A stretch of 64,000 nt of DNA from Thermoanaerobaculia bacterium (GTDB lineage Bacteria; Acidobacteriota; Thermoanaerobaculia; Multivoradales; Multivoraceae), in NCBI GenBank assembly GCA_963664405.1, contig OY761158.1, forward strand, positions 3,008,001 through 3,072,000. Reading direction: 5' to 3'. Position 1 is the first letter of the stretch; every line of letters starts with the position of its first letter. A program made the position numbers and the translations under genes. Shown one piece after another: positions 51,619 to 59,993 of the stretch. The notes under the pieces are model-generated. The model had not been told where the DNA came from and did not search any database. It saw only the letters and a program-made list of their open reading frames with translations.

Positions 51619-53712
51619 CTACGCTTCACACTGCACCTCCTCCGTAGGGTTCGGTTCGACGTCGAGGCGGCGCCGTCGTTGCGAGAGTTTTCGGCCCTGC
51701 ATTTTGACGGGCGGGTCGTCGCCGAGATGCTCGTAGAGGCACTCGTTCTTGTCGTTGTAGGCATGGGCACGCAGCAGGCCGTGGTTGCGCCATGTCTTCA
51801 CCGTGTGGGTCGCGACACCCAGTAGGTCAGCCATCTCTTCGAGGGTAAGCATTCCCCCCTCACGCAGTCGGTCGTACCTCTTCTTGATGTCGTAGTCACG
51901 GCGCAGTCGCCGGACGATGCCGGCGTGAAATCGTTTGCCCTCTCCGGAGAGATGGCCTCTGTCGTTGAGGATGCTCGCAATCTCGGCCTCGGTGTAGTCA
52001 TCAAGCAGGGTATCAATCTCGGCAACGACCTGTTTCGATGTTTGGCGTAACTCCCATGCTGTCGGCGGAATGGGCAGTTTGAGACTTCGTGTCGCGCCAC
52101 CTCGGAAGCGGACACCGACAACGATCTCGTCGCCCTTCGTCAAGGTGACGTCCTCGATGAGCAAGCGCACCATGCGCTTGCGCTCGCGTTGAGGCGTCTT
52201 CGGGTCGTTCCACAACCGCGGGAAGTCGGTGGCGAGGGCGAGGATCTCTTCTCGTTGCTGGTCGCCGAGCTGTTGGTGATCTTGCTGGCGGCGCTGCTCG
52301 AGCTCCTCCTGTGCGTCGTGCAGCCCGCGCAGCCTCTCGTTCCACTCGGCCTCGAGGACATCCACCACGAGGCGGTTCCCCGGATCGACCTCCATGAAGC
52401 GACGCCGAGCCAAGTCAGCCTCCTGTCGAGCTCGCTGTACGTGCTGGCGCCGCAGGGAATCGGCCTCGTGGATCCGTGCATCGAGCTCGACCTGGACTTT
52501 CAGTGCAACCTCCAGAGTCACAGGCGTAACCGTCTCCACAAGCAGCTCTCCGATGGCCCGATCGATGCCCTTGCCCGGGATCGACTGACACTTGGGTGTC
52601 GCGGTGTCGATGCCCTCGCGCTGGCAGACGTACTCGGGCCACTGAGTGCCCCTGCGCGTGTGATAGCGGACCGTCATCCGATGGCCACAAACGCCGCAGA
52701 GGACCAAGCCCTGCACCAGCGCTGGCCCCTCGCGCGGTGGGCTCTTGCGCCGGTCTCGGCCGTGGGCCTGGGCGTTGTCTCGTAGTCGTCTCAGGTTTTC
52801 TTCGAATTGTTCCCAGGGAATGTAACCGGGGTGCGCGTCGAGCAACAGCGCGGTCCACTCCTCACGCGGAAGCGACTTGACCTCGATGGTGCCGTTGACG
52901 CGCTTTTGCGTGTGAGTGCGACCGAAACAGAAAGCGCCAGCGTAGCGGGGATTGTGCAGCACCCTCAGGACGCGCCAGTGGCGCAACGACTCCCACAACA
53001 GCTCTCCCTTGTGGGGGCCGAAGCGCGGCCGGCGCGGAAACCGCAAGCCTTGCTCGCGGAAGTGTTTGACCGTCGCCGAGGCCGAGCCCATACGCTCGAA
53101 GGTCTCGAACAGGTGCTCGAAGCTCCGTTGGACCTGGCCGTCGGGATCTAACACCACGTTGCCGGTCGGGTCGTAGAGTAGGCCGACGGGTAACGGGGTT
53201 TGCAGCGCACCTCGGCGCGCCTGATTCAGAATGCCTCCGCGCAGCCGAGCCCGCATCACGTGAAGCTCCGCCTCGCTCATCGTGCCCTTGAGCCCGAGCA
53301 GAAGGCGATCGTTGAAATCACTCGGGCTGTAGACCCCGTCCTCGTCAAGGATCAGCGTGTCGGTCAGCGCGCAGATCTCCAGCAGTCGATGCCAGTCCGT
53401 GCTATTGCGTGCCAGGCGCGAAACCTCCAGCCCGAGAACGATCCCGGCTCGGCCCATACCGACCTCGCCGACGAGCTTCTGAAAGCCCTCGCGGTCGACG
53501 CTGGAAGCTGCGGACTTACCCAGGTCGGAGTCGATCACGATGACTCGCTCGATGGGCCATCCCATCGCCACCGCGCGCTCTCGCAACGCGTACTGGCGTC
53601 TCGTGCTCTCCGTATTCTCGAACACCTGGCGCACGGTCGACTGGCGAACATACAGGTACGCATCGCGTCGCAGGTGGCTTGGGGTCACTTTCTGGTGGGC
53701 GCTTGCGCTCAT
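51619..53712 (-). CDS. Large serine recombinase (Y4bA-like)
   Basis: YLYVRQST (catalytic Ser), EVSRLARN, LLGLKGTMSEAE, LHNPRYAG, zinc ribbon CGVCG..C..C, coiled coil and C-terminal HTH. Confidence 0.93.
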   Translation of the reverse strand: MSASAHQKVTPSHLRRDAYLYVRQSTVRQVFENTESTRRQYALRERAVAMGWPIERVIVIDSDLGKSAASSVDREGFQKLVGEVGMGRAGIVLGLEVSRLARNSTDWHRLLEICALTDTLILDEDGVYSPSDFNDRLLLGLKGTMSEAELHVMRARLRGGILNQARRGALQTPLPVGLLYDPTGNVVLDPDGQVQRSFEHLFETFERMGSASATVKHFREQGLRFPRRPRFGPHKGELLWESLRHWRVLRVLHNPRYAGAFCFGRTHTQKRVNGTIEVKSLPREEWTALLLDAHPGYIPWEQFEENLRRLRDNAQAHGRDRRKSPPREGPALVQGLVLCGVCGHRMTVRYHTRRGTQWPEYVCQREGIDTATPKCQSIPGKGIDRAIGELLVETVTPVTLEVALKVQVELDARIHEADSLRRQHVQRARQEADLARRRFMEVDPGNRLVVDVLEAEWNERLRGLHDAQEELEQRRQQDHQQLGDQQREEILALATDFPRLWNDPKTPQRERKRMVRLLIEDVTLTKGDEIVVGVRFRGGATRSLKLPIPPTAWELRQTSKQVVAEIDTLLDDYTEAEIASILNDRGHLSGEGKRFHAGIVRRLRRDYDIKKRYDRLREGGMLTLEEMADLLGVATHTVKTWRNHGLLRAHAYNDKNECLYEHLGDDPPVKMQGRKLSQRRRRLDVEPNPTEEVQCEA

Positions 53713-53996
53713 GCGTGGTTCTCCTGTAGATGGCTGAGAGCCATGGCGGCCAGCACGTTGATCAGATCCGCGCTCGTATCGTGAGGCAGTGCGGACGGCC
53801 TGGCTATCTCGGCGGACGGTGCCGGGGTCGGCGCGGGCATCTTGGACCCCTGTTCAACCCAAGCGGCCAGCCCTTGTCGCAGGAGAACGGCCAAGCCGAA
53901 CCGAACCGATAGGAGCTGCCGCTTCGCCGCATGTCCTCGGAGCTCCTCGTAGCGAGCGACATGGGCCGGAGCGTTCTGCTGGCGTGTCGCGCTCAT
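53709..53996 (-). CDS. Small hypothetical protein (Y4bB-like)
   Basis: ATGA overlaps on both sides; YEELR..GLAVLLRQGLAAW..LAAMAL. Confidence 0.7.
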   Translation of the reverse strand: MSATRQQNAPAHVARYEELRGHAAKRQLLSVRFGLAVLLRQGLAAWVEQGSKMPAPTPAPSAEIARPSALPHDTSADLINVLAAMALSHLQENHA

Positions 53997-54460
53997 GGCC
54001 GGCGTTTTTTTTCCTGGCGAGCCAGGGCTCGCTCAATGCTGCGCGGATGGATCGAGATGCCAAAGCGCTTCTGCACCCACTCGGCCAGGGCGGTTGCATC
54101 TGCGTCCGGCTCCCCCTCCAGCCTGTCGTGCAGGGCCTCGACGACCTCCTCGGATAGCTTGTGGGCGCGGCGCGGCCCCGGCTTTCTTGGCAGCAACGCG
54201 GGTAGGCCGCCTTCTTCGTAAACCACCTGGGCGTGGTAGAAGGATGGGCGCGACAACCCGAAGCTTGCCGCGCTCCGGCTCACCGTGTGTCTGTCCACCC
54301 GGACACGGCGCAGCATCTCGTACTTGACCTGCACGAGGTCTCGAGGGTCGAAGAACTCGCTCGAGGTGAACAAATCGTCCGAGACCTTCTCCGGCTGGGG
54401 ATGAAGGCACCCTCGTTGACGGAGGGCCTCGGCTTTCGGGTCGGGTCTGCGTCGCGGCAT
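53993..54460 (-). CDS. HTH protein (Y4bC-like)
   Basis: GAGGAG SD; FFDPRDLVQVKYEMLR, FGLSRPSFY, PGPRRAHKL and IHPRSIERAL. Confidence 0.8.
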   Translation of the reverse strand: MPRRRPDPKAEALRQRGCLHPQPEKVSDDLFTSSEFFDPRDLVQVKYEMLRRVRVDRHTVSRSAASFGLSRPSFYHAQVVYEEGGLPALLPRKPGPRRAHKLSEEVVEALHDRLEGEPDADATALAEWVQKRFGISIHPRSIERALARQEKKRRP

Positions 54461-54488
54461 GATCGTCTCCTCATGGAATGTAATTCTA

Positions 54489-54516
54489 ATTATGCCTCTC
54501 ATGGATCCTCTGTCAA
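54489..54516 (-). promoter_or_regulatory. Sigma70-like promoter of the recombinase operon
   Basis: TTGACA-N16-CATAAT on the minus strand, ~30 nt upstream of the HTH gene, in an AT-rich patch. Confidence 0.6.
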
Positions 54517-54675
54517 GGGGTGTCCACCAAGAGAGTACCGATAGATCGTGCATTAAATTGGCCTATCTCTACACTCCTGGTCACACTCCGGCACTCTTCC
54601 CGACATAATTGTGATTACATTCACGGCATAATCTCCTTTACGCACGGTGCCCCTCAACCGTCCTCACGCAGGTCT

Positions 54676-54970
54676 TCATCGCTCGCTCTCCCGGGTCAGC
54701 TTGGCGAGCTCGAGCAGGTCGGCCACGCGGTACATCGATCTGCCTGCGGAGATGACAACCACGGGGTCCTCGGCCACCGCACTCGTCCAACGCGCTGGAA
54801 GGGAGCGTAGCTCCTCGCATTCATCCAGGTAGAAGACCCGGTCCTCGCCCCAGCACTGGCGATAGTGAGCCAGCTCGTACTCACGCCCCAACAGCGGGTG
54901 GAACGGATGGGTTACCCGAAAACGTCGTTGCTCACAATCTGTATCGGGTGCATTCGACCATTGAGCCCAA
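54676..54970 (-). CDS. Y4bD/Y4pK-type (DUF5372-like) protein lacking an in-element start codon
   Basis: FRVTHPFHPL.G.E, WGEDRV, SLPARWT and DLLELA. Confidence 0.78.
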
Positions 54971-55731
54971 AGGCCGCGTCGAGCGCGCAATCCGCTTCCT
55001 GCGAAGCTCGTTCTTCGGCGCCCGAACGGTGAGCGATTTGGATCGTCTGAATCGGCAGGTCCTGGAATGGTGCCAGAGGTCGCAGCGCAGACCCTGGCCG
55101 CAGGACCGACAGCGAACCGTGAAAAGCGCCCTGGCCCAGGAACGGCCTCGACTGCTTGAGCTTCCCGGAGACGACGTCGAAACCGATCTGCGAGTGGAGA
55201 TCAAGGTCAGAAAGACGCCGATCGTGCGTTTCGACCTCAACGACTACTCGGTGCCGCACAGTCATGTGCAGAGGACCGTCACGCTCCTCGCCAGCGAGCA
55301 TCGGGTGCGGATCCTCGATGGCCAGGAGCTCCTCGCCGAGCACCCTCGCTCGTACTCCCGGGGCGAGCAGATCCTCGATCCTCAACATCTCGAGGAGCTC
55401 CTCGCTCACAAACGCAGGGCCCGACGACACCGGGGCTTCCATCGGCTGTTTTCCGCTGTGCCTCGATGCGAAGAGCTGATGCAGCAGCTCGCCGAGCGAG
55501 GCGAGAACCTCGGAACGCAGAATCCTCGAGGTTGTGCGGTCTCACGGAGAGATCTCGCTGTTGGAGCTCCTGGCTGAGCGGCACCGGTAAAGCCGGAGGC
55601 TGACCGAGGCCGCGCGGGTGCCGTTCGAGTAGGAGCCGGCGGACTGGAATCGCGGTGCGTGGTTCAGGAGCGCTTCGCGCACGGCTTTGTCGAGTCGCTG
55701 GGGGCCGTACTGGCGCAGGAGTCGGACTAGT
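54969..55731 (+). pseudogene. IS21 IstA C-terminal part; the last ~200 nt are inverted
   Basis: KGRVERAIRFLR, VRFDLNDYSVP and HPRSY. The continuation LLRQYG..AVREAL..VRPHNL reads on the minus strand at 55521-55731. Confidence 0.8.
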
Positions 55732-56318
55732 ACTGGGCGTCGTGACCATACGCTGCTTCTTACCCTGTTCAACACCGGCGCTCGCGTGCAGGAGCTCCTC
55801 GACCTACGGCCCGTCGATCTACAGCTGGATCGTCCCTTCCAGGTCCGGCTGCGCGGCAAGGGGCGCAAGGAGCGTCTTTGACTAGTGCTTGAGTCGATCG
55901 CATCGAACAGGGCGCGAAGCTCGCTGGCATCGAGATACTCGACGACCGGGATCGGGGCGCGCTTGAAAGGTACAGCGAGCAGGAGCTGGCAGGTTTCGAG
56001 ATGTTCGGGATGCCTGCCGGCAACAAAACGCGCGAAGGCATGAAGTGCAGCCAAGCGGGCGTTGCGCGTGGCGACACCGTTTGCTCGCTCCTGCTCCAGG
56101 TGATCGAGGAAAGCAATCACGGCGTCGGGCTCGAAGTCCGACAGATCGAGATCGATAACGGATCGGCCCCGGTCTGCTGCGAGGAAGCGAAGGAAGAGCG
56201 CCAAGGCGTCTCGGTAGCTCCTGACTGTGTGCGGACTTGCACCTTGTACTTGCGGAAGGTGCTCGCTGAAGAAACTACGAAGGGCTCGTGCGAGATCGTT
56301 CGGTGGGGCGGCTCTCAT
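55726..56318 (-). pseudogene. RIT tyrosine recombinase C, truncated with an internal inversion
   Basis: SPHTVRSYRDAL and TRNARLAAL on the minus strand. The next motif GRRDH..NTGARVQE..GKGRKER is flipped between two ACTAGT sites. Confidence 0.82.
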
Positions 56319-57304
56319 CGTGCACATTCCTCAGGAGCGTCGATGACGATCGACTGAGCGTGGCGAGCGAAGAGCTCGTCGGCTTTTTGAGCGAATGGCT
56401 CGAAGAGGGCAAGGTAGTGCTGTGTGGAGACGATAGAGACGTGGCCCATGTAGATCGCGAGGGCGGGCAGTTTGGCCTGCACGTCGACGCCCTCTCGGTA
56501 CCAGCGAAGGAGCGCTTGGTGGGCGAAACTGTGGCGCAGGTCGTGCACACGAGGGAGATCGCCTGTGGAGGTCTTGATCCTTGCGCTACGGAAAAGCTCC
56601 CGGAGTCCCTGGGCAAGACCGGCACCGGTATACGGACGCAGTCCCCGGCTGCAGTTACACAAAAGAGGCTGGTCGCCAGAAGATAGCAGCCTCCGGCGCA
56701 CCTGGAGGTAGTCTTCGATCTCGCGTGCGGCGTCACCCGACAGCGGCACGAGTCGCGACTTATGAAACTTGGTGGCGTCGATTCGAAGCGTGCGCTCAGC
56801 TGCGTCGTAGTCGGCGATAGTGAGCCGGGTGAGCTCGCCACGGCGTAGGCCGGTCGTGTAGAGCAGAACGACCGCTAGGCGAAAGACCTCACGATGTAAC
56901 GGCGAATGAGCGTGTGGCAGCAGGGCGTCGGTCACTCGTAAAAGGCGGGCGATTTCCTCCTGAGTGAAGAGATGAGGGCGTCTAGGCTGATGAGGATCTG
57001 GAAAGCCGCTGCGATCCGGCACAAAGCAGACGGGCTCATTGCGCTGCCGATAGAGGCAGAGATTGCGAACGATTCGCATCCGGTTGCGCCGCACGCCTGG
57101 CGAGAGGTGGGCCATCGTCGTGCACCACTGGGCGAACGTGTCGGCGCTGAGCTCCACTCCGTGACCCAGCGAAACGAGAAAATGGTCGAGATGCAGAAGC
57201 ACGTCGCGCTCCACTGCGTACTGCCGTCCGAGGCTCTGTTTCACGCGGACATAGCGGGCCATCGTGGGACCGAGGAGCGAGCAAAAGGAGGTGTGCCCCC
57301 TCAT
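56315..57304 (-). CDS. RIT tyrosine recombinase B
   Basis: TGLRRGE, TKFHKSRLVP, HDLRHSFA and YMGHVSIVSTQHY. Confidence 0.9.
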   Translation of the reverse strand: MRGHTSFCSLLGPTMARYVRVKQSLGRQYAVERDVLLHLDHFLVSLGHGVELSADTFAQWCTTMAHLSPGVRRNRMRIVRNLCLYRQRNEPVCFVPDRSGFPDPHQPRRPHLFTQEEIARLLRVTDALLPHAHSPLHREVFRLAVVLLYTTGLRRGELTRLTIADYDAAERTLRIDATKFHKSRLVPLSGDAAREIEDYLQVRRRLLSSGDQPLLCNCSRGLRPYTGAGLAQGLRELFRSARIKTSTGDLPRVHDLRHSFAHQALLRWYREGVDVQAKLPALAIYMGHVSIVSTQHYLALFEPFAQKADELFARHAQSIVIDAPEECAR

Positions 57305-58545
57305 CGCCGGGCCTCTTCGTGTGCAATCCCAGGCAAGTCGAGGGGACATCCCTCAGGTCCTCGACGTGGAGCCGGAGATAGACCGCTGGTACTTTCAACG
57401 CTCCGATGGCCGAGAAGGCCACCGATACTCTTGAGTGCCGCACCTTTCCGGAGCAGATGAATGGCCAGAGAGTGGCGCAGGCAATGAGGGCCTTGGAACG
57501 GAATCGGGAGGCCAGCACGGCGGACCCACCCCTGGAAGGCCTCTGTGACAGCCGTCGGTTTGAGCGTCCCCGCGGGAGCCCGGACGCGGAGGAAGACCTC
57601 TCGCAGCGGCAGAGCTGGACGACCGCCTCGAAGGTAAGAGAGGATCGCGGCGCCCACCTCCGGGGTCAATGGCACCTCCAGGGGGGAACGCACCTTGGGC
57701 CGCGGCACCCGCACCCTACCGTCGCGCCACGCGATGTCGTCGAGGGTGACCGAGACGACTTCGCAGGTGCGCAGGCCGTAGGTGACAATGAGCAGGAACA
57801 TGGCGTAGTCGCGCCGTCCCATCGCCGTCGAGCGATCGATGGCCCGGACGAAGGTGCGAACGGTCTCCCAGGACAGCGCGCGAGGGAGTCGCTCGCCACG
57901 ATAAACGCGAGGTGTATCGATGGCCGAATCGAGACCGGCCGCAGCGAGGCCACGCGCAGCTAGAAAGCGGAGGAACGAGCGCACGTGGGAGACGGTGTGC
58001 TGGAGACTCTCGCGGCTGAGCCGCTGCGCCTTGAGCTCAAGGAAGCCCTCAATCACTCCTCCGTCCAGAGATCGCAGGCAGTCATCGAGCTGCTCGTCTC
58101 CGCTGTCTCGTAGGTAGGCGAGCAACTCGCGCACGGTCGCGGCGTAGTGATTCAGCGTGCTGCGCGATAGCCCTCGCACTTTCTCGAGGTGAGAGCGGTA
58201 CGAGGCGCTTAATTCGAGAGCCGGGGTCGGACGCTGAGGTGCCAGCGCTCCTTGCGCCCCGAAATAGCGCACCAGCGAAAGGACAAGAGCGGAGCGGTAG
58301 ATGTCGTCCTGTGAAGACGCCGGAGCGTACACCAGGAGCTCTTGCGCCGAAAGCTCTTCGATCTTGCTGACTCCATCGCGCCGAAACTGAGCGTCAAGTC
58401 CCTTGGCGGCACGGACGCGCAGGCGAATGGGAAGGCGAGGATAGCCCTGAGACCTGAGCCAAACAATCAACCCCTCGAGATACGGTCCCAACACGGGCAG
58501 GCACCGGTAGCGAGCATGGGCTCGCGGAAACATCTCGGCAAGCAT
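57301..58545 (-). CDS. RIT tyrosine recombinase A (frameshift near the catalytic Tyr, ~57385)
   Basis: GRRDYAM, YGLRTCEV, HCLRHS and LGH. YLRLHVEDLR lies in a shifted frame. Confidence 0.88.
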   Translation of the reverse strand: MLAEMFPRAHARYRCLPVLGPYLEGLIVWLRSQGYPRLPIRLRVRAAKGLDAQFRRDGVSKIEELSAQELLVYAPASSQDDIYRSALVLSLVRYFGAQGALAPQRPTPALELSASYRSHLEKVRGLSRSTLNHYAATVRELLAYLRDSGDEQLDDCLRSLDGGVIEGFLELKAQRLSRESLQHTVSHVRSFLRFLAARGLAAAGLDSAIDTPRVYRGERLPRALSWETVRTFVRAIDRSTAMGRRDYAMFLLIVTYGLRTCEVVSVTLDDIAWRDGRVRVPRPKVRSPLEVPLTPEVGAAILSYLRGGRPALPLREVFLRVRAPAGTLKPTAVTEAFQGWVRRAGLPIPFQGPHCLRHSLAIHLLRKGAALKSIGGLLGHRSVESTSGLSPAPRRGPEGCPLDLPGIAHEEARR

Positions 58546-58690
58546 CGCAACCTCCTTGCAGATAGCAGCGCCGCTATTGGCGCAGCCGCGATGCTATGGA
58601 GACCGTTTATGTGGAGTCGGGAGGACGAAAAAAGCAGCAACTACGCGAGATCCTCATGCAAACTCTACATAACGAAGTACTTCACATGAG

Positions 58691-58720
58691 TCGACTTATG
58701 TGGTGCACCACATAAGTCGA
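58691..58720. repeat. Perfect 30-bp palindrome at the RIT/istB junction
   Basis: TCGACTTATGTGGTGCACCACATAAGTCGA equals its own reverse complement. Confidence 0.9.
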
Positions 58721-59013
58721 TGAGCTGGGCTATCTCTCCTACGACCACCGCCACGCGGATCTCCTCTTCGAGGTCGTCTCCAGACGATACGGCAACAAGC
58801 CCCCTTCTCACCACCAACAAGCCCTTCGCCGAATGGGCCGAAGTCTTTCCCAACGCCTCCTGCGTCGTCACTCTCGTCGATCGACTCACCCACCACGCCG
58901 AGATCGTCAAGATCGAGGCTAACTCCTATCGCCGCAAGGAGGCCAAGGAGGCTGCTGAAAAAAGGGCCAAGGCCCGCGCCAAAAGGCGGAGCGCAGCACG
59001 ACGACGCTCATGA
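58716..59013 (+). pseudogene. IS21 IstB ATPase C-half
   Basis: [24 protein letters not shown] and SYR. Confidence 0.88.
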
Positions 59014-59340
59014 CCCGAAGCCACTATCGGCGCCAGCTCCTCCGCCTCTATCGACTCCTTCCCGACACCCCTCACCGCTTCCACCACGGCGACCGCGTCA
59101 TCGTCGACCAGCTCTTCGACCAAGACCTGCCTCTCACCGTCCTCCAGGCCGCCCTCCTCCTCGGCTCCGCCCGACGCGCATGCCGAGATCCGCGCCTACC
59201 AAAGCTCCAGCCCATCCGATCCCTCGCCTACTTTCTCCCCATCCTCCGAGAACTCCCCACGACGCCACCCCCCGATGGGTACCTCGACTATCTACGCCAC
59301 ACCCTGAGTCGCGCCTCGCGGGCACAAAAAACCGACACTC
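59010..59340 (+). CDS. Hypothetical ORF coupled to istB; 3' end uncertain
   Basis: ATGA overlap with istB; YRLLPDTP...PIRSLAYFLP. Confidence 0.5.
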
Positions 59341-59438
59341 GCAGCCAACTATGTGCGTTATGTCGAGCTCTACATAGCCCGCGTTTCCTAAGCGCCGTTG
59401 ACAGACGAGCAGCTCGACGAGCGTTTGTCTCGCGGTGC

Positions 59439-59732
59439 ATGAAAACGGTCTGGCGACCGGGCGTTCTCGAGGAAGTCGCTCGAGCGATCGAATAGAAGAA
59501 TGCTGAGCGACCAGGCCGCGGCGATCGCCTCCGGAAGGCTCTGGAAGAGACCATCGCGAGGATCGAGCTCTTCCCACAGAGCGTACAGAAGCGCAACGGA
59601 ACAGAAGCACGGCTCGCAGTGCTCCGAAACTCGCGCTATGTCGTTGCCTACATCATCAGGGCCGACGAGCTGACGATCGTCGCTTTCCTATATGGCGCAA
59701 GGAACCCTGATCAGTGGCGCGATCGTCTTTGA
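59439..59732 (+). pseudogene. ParE/RelE-type toxin with an internal TAG (59493-59495)
   Basis: 97-codon frame MKTVWRPGVLEEVARAIE*..GRGDRL..IELFP..YVVAYII...TIVAFLYGARNP. ATGA overlap with a possible antitoxin tail. Confidence 0.65.
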
Positions 59733-59993
59733 CGACTGATATCGTTGTTGTCTGTCAGCTCCGCGAACCGGCGATGCCGCCCGCTGCTCTCGGTGTCGGC
59801 GAGACGAACTCGGTGGGCTTTGCCCAGAGTACTTCTTCCACGCACACGATGTTGCCCGAGGAGTGCACATCTGAGGACCCCGACCTTGGCTCGGAGATGG
59901 CTAGGAGAAACGGGGTACGCCGCGGCGTCGAGCTATTAGAAACATAGTCGTCCCAACAGGGAGGTCTCGATGAAGGACTCTGGAGACCGTGCG

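Larger units (their letters stand above)
51614..54970 (-). mobile_element. Four-gene large-serine-recombinase element (y4bABCD-like), ~3.36 kb
   Basis: Sharp junctions into two transposase genes at a shared AA. The joined ends give GGTGCA-N11-AGCCC-AA-GGGCT-N11-TGCACC. Confidence 0.82.

Noticed and set aside
59345-59400. TTATGT..ACATA motif as an integron attI or a second RIT end before the ParE remnant
   Set aside because: No integron integrase or attC structure is visible, and the match is too short to support.
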